A stretch of DNA of 64,000 nucleotides from an uncultured bacterium (GTDB taxonomy: Bacteria; Patescibacteriota; Gracilibacteria; BD1-5; UBA6164), in NCBI GenBank assembly GCA_963922865.1, contig CAWUJK010000003.1, positions 1,947-65,946 of the forward strand, written 5' to 3'. A program made the translations under genes and the position numbers. The notes below the pieces were generated by a model that was not told the origin of the DNA, ran no database searches, and was given only the letters and a program-made list of their open reading frames with translations. Within the stretch, counting starts at the first letter, position 1. The number at the start of each line of letters is the position of its first letter. This document shows positions 25,837 through 37,814 of this stretch, in pieces.

Positions 25837-26316
25837 ATGTGAAATAAAAAAACCAAAATTTTTCCAAAAATTAAAAAGAAATTAAAATGATTTTTAACTG
25901 ATGAGAGTTGAAAAATTAGCAAAAAAGATGCTTTATGATTGGCTACTGGTAGTATTTTATTAAGTTGAGCTGATGAAATTAGCGCTGGTCATTCAAACCA
26001 TGGTAGTCATAGTAGTTGACCTGGTTGACATTTGAATCAAGGTCACGCTAGTTGAAATTTAAGATCGTGACATGTTAGTGCTAATCCTGGTGCAGTAACT
26101 AAGACATCACATGCTAGTTGAATTGTGAATGGTCATTATAGTTCAACCCCTAATTGATGAGTTTATGATCCTGCTCATGCTAGTGGTTATGGTAATTGAT
26201 GACATTTAAATCAGTGAGCTGTTAATTGAAGACTTCATGCTAATCATGGTAATCATAGTAATCATGGTAGTCATGCTAGTCATGGAAGTCACGGTAGTCA
26301 CGGTAGTAGATGGTAA
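25837..26316 (+). CDS. hxsA: His-Xaa-Ser repeat precursor peptide 2 (159 aa)
   Basis: I translated it codon by codon. The leader is almost identical to that of peptide 1. It has about 12 HxS triplets plus HxN variants and the same HGSHGSHGSRW C-terminus. Confidence 0.85.
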
Positions 26317-26328
26317 ATTAAAGATTTT

Positions 26329-27267
26329 ATGCAAAATATTGATTTTAAAAATGTTAGTTGATTAGAAATTTCTTTATTGTATAAATGCAATGTAGGATGT
26401 GAGTTTTGTCACTTGTGAAATTTGAAAGAAGAACATGAACAAAGGTTATCCAAAGAGCAAGTATTTGATATATTAAAAAATTGATATGAACAATGAAAAA
26501 GATCAGTAATTTTTACTTGATGAGAGCCTACTTTGGAAGTAAACCTGCCAATTTATATACAAAAATCTAAAGATTTATGATTCCAACATATAAGAGTCCA
26601 CTCTAATGGTTTTGCTTTTCAAAATTATAGTTTTGTAAAAAATTTACATGATAAATGATTGACCTGAGTTACTATATCAGTTCATTGATACAAAATTATT
26701 CATGATTGTATAACAAAAACACCATGAAGCTTTGATGTTATATTTAAAAGTTTTATAAATTTTGAAAAAATAATTCTTAAAGATGATAGTTTTTCTGTTG
26801 ATACAAATACTATTATTTGCAGAAAAAATTATAAGTATTTAAAACAGCTTTTGATTTTTTTAATGAAATTTAGTATAAAAAGAAGAATGTTTACCTATAC
26901 ATTTAATACCGTCTTGTATCATGAGTTTTGAGATCTAAAAAGTATTATAGTTTCTTATGAAGAGTTGAAAAATCCCATAAATAAATTGCTTGAATTTTGT
27001 GAATTTAAGAAAATAAAAGATTTTGTATTAGATTCTATACCTTATTGTTTGATAAATGAAAAATATTGGCATTTTATAGAAGAAAATTATCTACCAGATA
27101 AACATTTTTATTTACTTGATTATTATGATTGAAATGATAATACTTACAATGATGGAAAAATAAAGTATATTGAATGTAGAGATTGTAAAAAAGATAAACA
27201 ATGTACATGATTTTCTGAGGATAATAATTTACTTTATTGAAAAATGAATTTTAATATTTTAACTTAG
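26329..27267 (+). CDS. hxsC: radical SAM maturase, HxsC-like by position (312 aa)
   Basis: The frame was scanned. The triad is CNVGCEFC. The SAM motif TGGEP is encoded as ACT TGA TGA GAG CCT at 26515-26529. The C-terminal tail is CRDCKKDKQC. Confidence 0.75.
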
Positions 27268-27272
27268 ATACT

Positions 27273-27959
27273 ATGAAAAAAATAATTATTCTATTCTTGC
27301 TTCTATTTTTTATCTTTTCTTGCTCCATATTTTGAGGCTGAAATAAAGATAATAATATAACAAAAACTAAAGAACTTAATGTTCAAAATTTAGTTTCAAC
27401 GTGATCTGAGCAATCAAATACCAATTCTACTAACGTACAAAAAGTTGATGTACAAAAAATTGATGAACAAAAAGGAATTCAGAGAGAAAAAAAATTGTAT
27501 TGAAATACTTTATCTGATATTATTAAAAACCCAAAAATTGATTTACATAAAAAGGAAAATCCAAATAAACAAGAATATTATTCTGAAAGGCTTAATGTTT
27601 ATGAGTTTTTTGTTTTTTGTAAAGGACTTATTGGTGTGGATATTTTAGATAAAGATTCTTTCATTGATTATTTAGATTTAAGAGTTCTTCATGATTATTT
27701 AAAAAAGAATAATTTTTCTTTAAATAAAAAGGATGAGCTTTTAAAATTTTTACAAAAAATAGATGGTGATTTCAATGAAGTTAACTCATTATTATACATA
27801 GAGTGAAAAATAACTAAAAAAGAATTATTTTGAAGTTTTACTAGTTCTTATCCTGATAGTATTTTGTATTTTAAAGCTTTGAAATTCAAGATAGAAAATA
27901 TTTTATCAAAAGAAAAATGTGAAAATATAGTTTTAGATAGTTGAATTAAACTAGATTAA
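27273..27959 (+). CDS. lipoprotein embedded in the maturase cluster (228 aa)
   Basis: The N-terminus is MKKIIILFLLLFFIFSC, which carries a lipobox. Confidence 0.65.
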
Positions 27960-27964
27960 TACCT

Positions 27965-28858
27965 ATGAAAATTTTTTCATCAAAAACAAATTACATAGAA
28001 TTTTTTATAAAAATTTGAAAAAAATGTCCTACAGATTGTACTAATTGTAGTTATGCAAAATCTAAGCTTGATTATTTCTCTTTAGATAATATTTTTGAAA
28101 GAATTGATTATTGAAAAAACCTTTTTTATTCTAAAGATTTTGTTTATTTTCTTTATGGTGTTGATTTTTTATGTCATCCTAAAGCATTTGATATTCTTGA
28201 ATATGTTAATAAAACGAGTAGAAAATTTAAGATTCAGATATGATTAGATAACCTACATAATAAACAAAATATTTTAGAAGAAATATATAAAAAGTACTGA
28301 TTTTTTGAAATAACTTTAGCCAATGAAGTGAATGATAATGAAGATGTAAAAAATGTATTTAAAGCAATATCTGTTTTTTCAAAAATGAAATACCTAAGAT
28401 TTAATGTTGATTTAATTATAGATATTGATTCTAATAAAATATTGGTAGACAAATTAAAATGATTGTTTTGAAACTATTTTATAGATAAAGTACATAAAAA
28501 CTTAAGCTTTGATGATGTATGAAATATAAATCTTTGAATTACTAATAAATTTTATTTTAAACCAAAATCAAAAGAAGTATTATGAGTTTTGTATGATAAC
28601 TGTGTTATGGATGATCTATTTGATATAAAAGATGATGTTATTTATTTTAATGATCATTTGGAGCTAGATTATGATTGAAATTTTATGCTTCATACTCCTC
28701 TTTGTTTTTTAGCCTATATAAAGATAGCTCATAAAAATGATAGTGAAGAAAAAATATTAAATAAGTTTAAAAAATTTAAAAAAGATGTATCAAAAATCTC
28801 TTCAAATATGTCAAATAAGTGTTATAGTTGTATTATAAATAATTACCCTTGAGTATAA
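27965..28858 (+). CDS. radical-SAM-like protein with degenerate SAM-binding motifs (297 aa)
   Basis: CPTDCTNC lies near the N-terminus. There is no clear GGEP. The C-terminus contains KCYSC. Confidence 0.55.
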
Positions 28859-29787
28859 TGAAAGAAATAGTTAAAAAATTTAACGATGTTGCTTTTGTTT
28901 GAACTTATGAATGTAATACTGATTGTGAGTATTGTTTTTCTTTTAAGTATATCAAACCTTATAAAGGTATTGCTATGTCTTTTGAGAATTACAAATTTGT
29001 TTTAGATACTATTATAAAAAATTGAGTTAATTCTATTTCTTTTATTGGTTGAGAACCTGCTTTGTGGAATAATATTAACAAAGCCATTTCTTATGCTAAA
29101 AATTTATGAATTAAAACAACAGTTTTTTCAAACTCAATGATTTGTTTGAAAGAATTACCAGATGTTTTTTACATTCATTTAAATGTTTTATTTTTTTTGA
29201 AAAACAAAAATATAATTAAAAACTTATATGAATATTCTAAAAATTCAAAAATAATTTTTATTTATAATGTTTATAATAGCAATAAATATTCTTTAAACTT
29301 ACTTATAAAAATATTAAAGAGTTTCAAGTTTGATTTTGCTATATCTTTTAATATTGCTTTTAATATCAATATGGATAAAAATTATTGAAACTTTATATAT
29401 AATGCTTATAGAATTATAGCAGAAGAAATGGGAAAAAATGTGCTATCTTCTTGACCTTTACCTCATTGTATTTTTACTGCTGAACAAATATGTTATCTAC
29501 AACAAAAATCTATTTTGGATAATTCCTATTGACCCCCTTGATTTGATAATACAGATGTTTTTTTTCCTGTAGTTAACCCAGATACTAAAACACTTTTACC
29601 TTGTGCACCCATAAATCTAGAAATAAATTCATCGTATTTACTTGAATGAAAATATGATGATTACAAATCATATTATTCCAAAAAATTTGAAAAATTTATT
29701 TATAAAAAAAATAATTTTTGCTGAAATTGTGATAAATTTAATAAAGATTGTCAGTACTGAGGACTCATTAATTTATATTCATTTTAG
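28858..29787 (+). CDS. radical SAM protein (309 aa)
   Basis: The motifs are CNTDCEYC, IGGEP and the tail FCGNCDKFNKDC. The start overlaps the upstream stop (TAATG). Confidence 0.8.
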
Positions 29788-29799
29788 ACTTTTATATTT

Positions 29800-30690
29800 A
29801 TGAATAATCTTTTGTTTGAAATAATAATGTCTAATCAATGTAATAGGAGATGTCCTTATTGCAAATTGGATTTTCATAATAAAATAATATCCCAAGAATA
29901 TCTTGATTCTATGGTTTATTTTTTAGAGTCAAATAAATCATCAATTTCAAACTGTATTATAAACTTTTTTGGTTGAGAACCACTTTTAAACTTTGATTGA
30001 ATAAAATATTTTGTAAGTAAAACTAAACATCTACCTTTTATAAAATATTCTATATGAACAAATTGAATCCTTTTAAATGAAAAAATTTTTAATTATTTAA
30101 ATGAAAATAATTTTCAAATTTATCTCTCAATTGATACTGAAATAGCAGATGTGATTTTAAAAAAAGATTTTTTGAAAAATAATTTAAAAAATATAAAGCT
30201 CAACTTTATAGTTAACCCTAATACAGTAGATAAATCTTTTTTGCTTTTTGATAAATGTATAGATTTTGGTTTTAAAAATATAAATATAATGCCAGTCATG
30301 TTCAGTATAAAATGGAATAAAAATTCTTTTTCTTTACTTAAAAAATTTATTGATACTAAAATAAAACCTTTTAAAAATTATGATATTAATTTAGTTTCAT
30401 ATTATAACTGATTTACCACTGATATACAATATGTTTTAGATTCTGATGGATTTGTATACTTAGATCTTGACAGTCTGCTTTGGATACAAAAACAATGATC
30501 TATCTTATCTTCTAAGTTAAAAGATAAGATACATAATTATACAAAAATATGAAAAATGCAAGATATAAGTTTCAAAAAATTAATTTCTTCTTATAATATA
30601 AAAGAAATTTTAAAATTAGTTTTAGAAATACCAAAATACCAATGATTTTTAAAAGATTATAAAGTAATATCTAAAATATTTAATGGATAA
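29800..30690 (+). CDS. radical SAM protein (296 aa)
   Basis: The motifs are CNRRCPYC and FGGEPLLN. It joins track ORF 30151..30411. Confidence 0.8.
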
Positions 30691-30724
30691 CAATAAACTA
30701 AATCTTTGGAAATATATTACTTAT

Positions 30725-32014
30725 ATGAGATTGAATATGATGAATTCATATTATTTTCCATTGGAACCATTTTATGAGAAAAATCTTAATATTTCAAAAG
30801 ATTTATTTATAAAGTCACTCAGATCAAAAAATAAATGATTATATATTCATATACCTTTTTGTATTACTGAATGTTCTTATTGTGCTTGTACTAAAATGCA
30901 ATTAAAAAATGGAATTTCTACATCAATTTATGTTGAATATTTAATAAAAGAACTTGAAATTTTTTATAAGCTAAACTCTAGAAAAAAACTTATTTTTAAT
31001 ACTCTTACTTTTGGTTGATGAACGCCATCAATATTATCAATTTCTGATATTGAAAATCTTTTTTCTTGAATATATAAATATGTAGAAAAAAAATTTATTA
31101 CTCAAATTAGTTTTGAAGCTGCACCCTATACTATAACAAATGAAAAAATAGATATTTTGAAATCTATGTGAGTAAATAGAATGTCATTTTGAATACAATC
31201 CTTAGACAAGCAGATACTAAAAAATAATAACAGACCATATATACCAAAACAAAAAATTAAAGCACTAGTAAAATATATACAAAGTTTATGAATTAGTATT
31301 GAAGCAGATTTGATTGTTTGAATAAAATCACAAACAATCAAATCTGTAATTGAAGATGTAAAATTTTTGTTGTCCATGTGATTAGATGATATAACCTTTA
31401 ATTATTTTTCACCTCATAGATTTTCAAAATATATAGATAATAAAGATACTATAAACTTGAAAGAAAAATTTAAACTTATAGATAAAAAATTAGTTGAAAA
31501 TTGACAGGTTAAATGATCTTATTGTTTTCAAGAAAGATATATTTACTCTGCTAGAAGATACACTATTATTGGTCTAGGATATGGTGCCACTTCAAATCTT
31601 TGAAATAGTTTTGTTTATGTAAAAGATTCTTTACAAGATTACTATGATTTGATTGATAAATGAAAAATACCAGCATCATCATGAATATATATGGATGACA
31701 ATTTTGAATATATAAGATATATTTATTGGCATATCATCAAATGAGAAATAGATTTGATTGAAATGAATAGAATTTTTTGAGTAGATGTATATAATAAATT
31801 TAAAAAAGAAATTGATTTTTTAGTTCTTGAAAAAATAATTGAATATGATGGAAAATCAATAAAAAATATAACATCTATTGACAATTTATTTATCCATTTA
31901 ACCGTTTTTATTGAAAACATAGTAGAAAATAGTATGTTTTCTAAATCACCTAAAAAACTACCAAAAAATATTGATATGATTCTCAAACAAATGATATATG
32001 ATTATGTAATTTAA
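30725..32014 (+). CDS. HemN/HemW-like radical SAM protein, paralog 1 (429 aa)
   Basis: The motifs are LYIHIPFCITECSYC, FGGGTPS and GVNRMSFGIQS. Confidence 0.8.
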
Positions 32015-32015
32015 A

Positions 32016-33335
32016 ATGAATAAAAAAAAGCTAGATTTTCGGAAATTTATGACATATAAAATGTTATCACTAAATTCATCTTTTGTATTTCCATTGGAGT
32101 TTTTTTTCAAACCTAATTTCAAACCAAATATATCTGAGATATCATCATACTTAAATAAAAAAAATAAGTGACTATATATTCATATACCTTTTTGTATTAA
32201 AATTTGTGATTATTGTGGTTGCTATAAACAAAAAGTATCAAAAAAAGATGATTTAGATAAATATGTTGATTATTTAATAAAAGAACTAGAGATTTATTAT
32301 GAGTTGAATAATTCAAAAAAACTAGAATTTACAACTATAATGTTTTGATGATGAACCGCTTCTATCCTAACGGTAAAGCAACTTGATAAATTATTTTATT
32401 GACTTTATAAATTAATAGATAGAACTAATCTCAAACAAATAAGTTTTGAATCTTCTATTTTTACATTGAATAATTCTAAAATAGATATTTTAAAAAAATA
32501 TGATGTTGATAGAATTTCTATTTGAATACAAAGCTTTGATAAAACTGTTTTGGAAAAGAATAATAGAGTATATATGGAATATTATAAGATAAAAAATATA
32601 GTAAACTATATAAAAAAATCATGAATTTTAGTTCAGGTTGATCTAATGATATGAATAAAATGACAAAATGAAAAAAATTGTATTAAGGATTTTAAAAAAA
32701 TGATAGAACTTTGAGTTGATAGCTACACAATGAACTATTATATAGCACATGATTATGCTAATTTTTCTGATACAAAAAAGGGATTGAATTTAAAGGAAAC
32801 AATGAAAAAACTAGACCATAAATATAATTTTATAGCAAAACATAAATGATCATATTTACTCCAAGAAGATTTAGTTTTCAATGATTTTAATTATTTTGTT
32901 GTATGACTTTGAGTTTGAGCAACTAGTAATATTTGAAATAAATATATTTATAGAAAAACCAATTTTTTAAATTATTATAAAAATATTGATAACAAAAAAA
33001 TAATTGCTGATAGCTGAGTTGTTGCTCCAACTAATTTTCCAGAGATAAAGTACATGTTTGAAAAATATAAAGACTGAGATATTGAGTTTGAAAACTTCAA
33101 AAATACTTTTTGAAAAGATATAAAGATTTTATTTAAAAAAGAATTGGAATTTTTAGCTTTAGAGGGTATTATAGATATAGGTGAAACTAATTTAAAATTT
33201 TTGAAAAATAAATATGAATCTAGAATATATCTAAATGTTTTCTTAGAAAATTTTTTTGAAAGTAAAAAAGATATAGAAATTCCAGTTTTGGATAAACAAT
33301 TCCATTTAGATTTAACATGACTTATATATGAGTAA
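32016..33335 (+). CDS. HemN/HemW-like radical SAM protein, paralog 2 (439 aa)
   Basis: The motifs are LYIHIPFCIKICDYC, FGGGTAS and DVDRISIGIQS. It starts 1 nt after the paralog 1 stop. Confidence 0.8.
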
Positions 33336-34002
33336 TATTATAAAATATGATAAAAATATAAAAATATCTTTATCTAACTGAAAAATTGTCAAAAAACATA
33401 AGTATTTTAATAATTATATAAGAGAGAAAAAAGCATACTTATTTTTTTCAAAAAATAATTTAGAAAATTTTAATATACCAAAAATAATTAAGTTTTATGA
33501 TAATAAAAAAATTATTGAGATGGAAAATATAGATTGATCTTACACTTGAGAAATACTAAAGTCTAAAATCAAAAATAATTTAGAATTTGCTATTAAGCTC
33601 TTTAAGAATTTAAATTCTTGACTTAAAAGTTTACATAATTTTGAAATCAGAGATTGATTTGATATAGATGAAATATTTCATTTTGATAGAAATAATCCAT
33701 ACATGAAGAATGTTTTTAAAAGTTTTGGTATACAACATTATCCTATTGAAAAGTGTTTTGTCCATTGAGATTTAACATTTGATAATATTATGTATAAAGA
33801 TGATAAATTATACTTTATTGATTTTACTGCTTTTTGTATCTCTGATAAATATTATGATTTTGTTTTTTATTATTGATTTGCTGAATTGTTAAGTTTGGAT
33901 ATATTATTAAAGTTAATAAAAATATTTTATTGAGATAAATTTAATTATAACAAATTTGAAACTTATGTTATATTGAAATGAATTAAAAGTTTAGATTTTT
34001 AA
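33328..34002 (+). CDS. small kinase of the aminoglycoside/choline-kinase (APH) fold (224 aa)
   Basis: The motifs are HGDLTFDNIMY and LYFIDFT (catalytic loop and DFx-like). It overlaps the upstream gene by 8 nt (ATGAGTAA). Confidence 0.6.
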
Positions 34003-34051
34003 TTTAAAAATATTTTACCTTTTAATTAGTTGTTATTAGAATTGATTTATA

Positions 34052-34939
34052 ATGAAAAATAATAATAAAAATGCTTTTGAATGTAGTGCTGTTACAAAAT
34101 GAATTGAGATAGAATTGACCAGCTATTGTTCTTTTAAATGCATAATATGTCCTAGAGAAAAGCTCCCTAAGTATCATTTTTTAGATTTTGATAATTTCAA
34201 GAAAATAATTGATTTAGTTAAACAATGAAATTATACAGAAATAATGGTATGTGGTTTATGAGATGCATTTTTGCATAAAGATATAAATAAATTTTTGGAT
34301 TATTTGTTTTTAAAACTTCCAAATATAAATTTTTTTATAATGACTAAATGACAAAGTATACAAAATAAACACCTTGAAAAAATATCTGAACTTCAAAAAA
34401 AATGATATAAAGTTTCCTTGACCTTTTCTATATTTTCTTTAAATAAACCTATTTATAACTATCTAACCTGATGAGATTTTTTTGATAAATTTATGCAAAT
34501 ATTTAAAAAAGTTATTTCTATGAATATAAATTATTCTTTGGAGTTTTTGCTTTCAACTTTGACCCTAAAAGAGTTAGATAGTTTCAAAAAATTTGCTTAT
34601 AAATTATGAAAAACAGATTATTGAATTTCACTTGTACATAATTGGTCCTGAGAGATACCACATTCTATCCATAAAAAACTTTTTAATGAAAAAAAATTAA
34701 AATGATTTTATCAAAAAAGAAAAAGTAATGATTTATGTGAGGCCATAAAATATGATTATCTTTACATAGATTCTTATTGAGATGTTTTCCAATGCTCTTT
34801 GAATGAATTACATAGAAAAGGACTTTTATGAAAACTATGAGATTATAGCTTAAAAGAATTCTTAAATAAAAAAAGAATGCTAAATTATAAAAAAACTTGT
34901 GAATGATGTTTTTATTTAGACTTTAAAACATTTTGTTAA
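34052..34939 (+). CDS. radical SAM protein (295 aa)
   Basis: The triad is CSFKCIIC, followed by VCGLGDAF. The C-terminal Cys residues are CEA...QCS...TCEGCFYLDFKTFC. Confidence 0.75.
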
Positions 34940-35700
34940 TGAACATAGCAATAATATGACTTTGAAACCACTGAAAAAAATATATAAATTTTTTTGAAAA
35001 AAAAGATTTAGAAGTTTTTTGAGCTTGTAAGACAAGAAAAACAAAAAATTATATAGAAAGTAATTATCATATTAAAGTATTTTTAGATTATAAAGAATTG
35101 ATAAAAACTCATAGACTTGATTTTATTGTTTTAGCTCTACCTCAAGAAATCCAATGAAAAATAGCTTTAAATATATTAAAAAAAGTATCTAAAAAAACCA
35201 AGATTCTTATTGAATTACCAGTTTGTGATTCAATCTCTGATAGAGAAGCTTTAGAAAAGTTTGAAAATGTATGATTTTTTATTGAAGAATATTATAGTTT
35301 ACTTTCAAGTTTTTTGAGAAAAATTGATATTTCAAATATATCTAGTATAAATGTTAGTATGTATGTGTCAGCTGAAGATTTTTGAGATGAAAAATCTCAA
35401 AATATTGATAAAATTCATTTAATGAATAACTTCGTATGACTTTGAATTGATTATAATATTTTTGATATAAAAATATATAAACATGATGATATAAATGTAT
35501 ATTTTGATATAAATTTTTCTTATTTGTGAAAAAAAATTAATTATAGCTTTTTTGAAAAAAAGATTTTAAAAATTTGAAATAAACAATTTATAGATAATTT
35601 TAATTTTGATGAAGTCATAAACAGTTTACTTGTTGATTTTTCACCTTCTTCTAAATCAAAAAAAGATTTTAATAGACTATTTAAAGAAATTAATTGATAA
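34939..35700 (+). CDS. NAD(P)-binding Rossmann oxidoreductase, Gfo/Idh/MocA-like (253 aa)
   Basis: The N-terminus is MNIAIIGLGNHGKKY. The start overlaps the upstream stop (TAATG). Confidence 0.55.
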
Positions 35701-35704
35701 AAAT

Positions 35705-37807
35705 ATGAAATATATTTGAGCAAATTTTATCACTAGCATAAAAGATTGGAGTTGTGTATTAATAGAGAATTGAAATTTAACTTGAGTTTCTTTGGACAAG
35801 TTAGATTCTTTTAAGTTTTCTCCCTATTTATCAGATCTTATTTTATATTCTATTCAATCAAAAAAGCAAGGAAAACAAAGCTCTCTTTTCCCTAATTTAT
35901 ATGAAAAAGATTTAATCAAAATCACTAAAAGTGCTAGAGATACTTTTAAAAACTATTTTAGCTTAACAAATTTTTATGAAAGTATTAATTTTGAAGGAAA
36001 AAATATAATAAATTACAAAAATAAACATGCTTATTATCATGTCTTATGAACCCACTTTTCAAGTCCTTTCAATGATTCTGTGTGAATTTGTATAGACTAT
36101 CTATGATACAATGATTTTTGAAATCATCAAGTTCAAACTATATGGAAATGTGGTAAAAATAATATTGATTTATTAGATGATTTTGATACAAGCTTAACTA
36201 TAAACAGGTGAATATGATTTACTTATTCTATTTTTGCTGATTTTTTTGATATTTATAAATATGATATTGCTTTTTTAGTCCCTTATTGAAATAAAAATTT
36301 ATTTTCTTGAATAGAATTATATGAATATAAAGATGGAAATGTTTTTTTGAAAAAAGATTTCTTGTATTGAGTTTCTCTACAAGCTGACTTATTACCTAAA
36401 ACTTTTTATGCATCAATAGAAGAAATACCATGAAATATGGATGCTATATATTCAAATATAAAAAGAATATTTAACATAAATGACAAACAAATAAATGATG
36501 CACATAAAGATTTGAAAAAATGAATTATAGCAAATTTACTAGCATATGTTCATGATGAAACTAGAAAAGCTTGTTTGTTCTTAACTAATAAGGCCTATGA
36601 ATTATGAAATTCTAAAAATTTAACTATATCAGGTTGGTTAGCATCAAATCATTTGCTTTGTAATGAAATAGTTAATAAATCTAGGTTTAAAAATTTTTAT
36701 TTTGAAGTTTCTCCAAACTATACTGGTATATCAGTTTGAGCTGCCTTTGAGTTATACAAAAAAAGTATATATTTAGAAAAAACATGATATTGAAAGCAGT
36801 ATTCAAATGAGGATATTTTCATAACTTTATCAAATTATTCAAATTATTTAAGTTTTGATTTATTAAGTGATATTGAGCAACAAAATAATCTAATCATAGA
36901 TAAATTGAAAAATAAAAAAATCATTTGATATTTTAAAGCAGGAAGCGAATTATGACCAAGAGCTCTATGAAATAGAAGTATATTATCAATTTGTGATTGT
37001 GAAGATTTATCTGATAAAATTAGATCTATTAAAAAAAAGCAAAACTGGAAAAGCTTTTCAATCTCAATTTTAGAAAATGAGCTTTGAACTTACTTTGAAG
37101 ATAATCATAAATCTATTTTTATGAGTTTATCATCGAAATTAAAAGATAAGTATAAAAAAGATTTTGTCTGAGTTAATTTTGATAACAATATTATCAGATA
37201 CCAAAGTATTTGAGAAAATAATAATAGATTTTTATATGATTTATTATGTAGTTACTCTAAAGTAACATGAAAGCCTTTCTTATTGAATACATCTTTAAAT
37301 TCATTTAAACAATCTATTGTTGAATGCCCTAAACAAGCTATAGAGCTTTTTTTATCCACAGATATAGATTATTTAGTGTTATGAGATTTTATTGTATCAA
37401 AAGATAAAACTTATGAAAAATTTAGCTTTGATTATGAAAAAGTAAAAACTCAAAAAAACATAGATTATTTCTCAACTAACAAAGATAGTTATAAGAACTA
37501 TGTTTCTATAAAAACTATTTTAGAAAAATTATTTTTTAAGTGATGCGAATTTAATATTAGTAACATAAAATATTTTGAAACAACTATTGATTTAGATTTT
37601 TTTTGAAATAAAATAAGTATTGAAAAGTTAAATAGTTGAAAGAAATATGATATGAAAACTAATAATGTTTGAATAAAAATTTTTAAACTTGAAAGTAGAA
37701 AAGAATTAATTATTTTTTACAAAAAATTAAAGCTATTGGATTATAAATTTGAATCTATATTTTCTAAATGAGAGTATTTTTTAAAAGATTTAACTAATTA
37801 TTTATAA
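35705..37807 (+). CDS. NodU/CmcH-family carbamoyltransferase paralog, divergent at several motifs (700 aa)
   Basis: It keeps GSELGPRALGNRSIL. It has NTSLNSFKQSIVECP and SGWLASNHLLCN where paralog 2 has NTSFNVSREPIVETP and GGVALN. Confidence 0.7.
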
Positions 37808-37814
37808 ATATATT

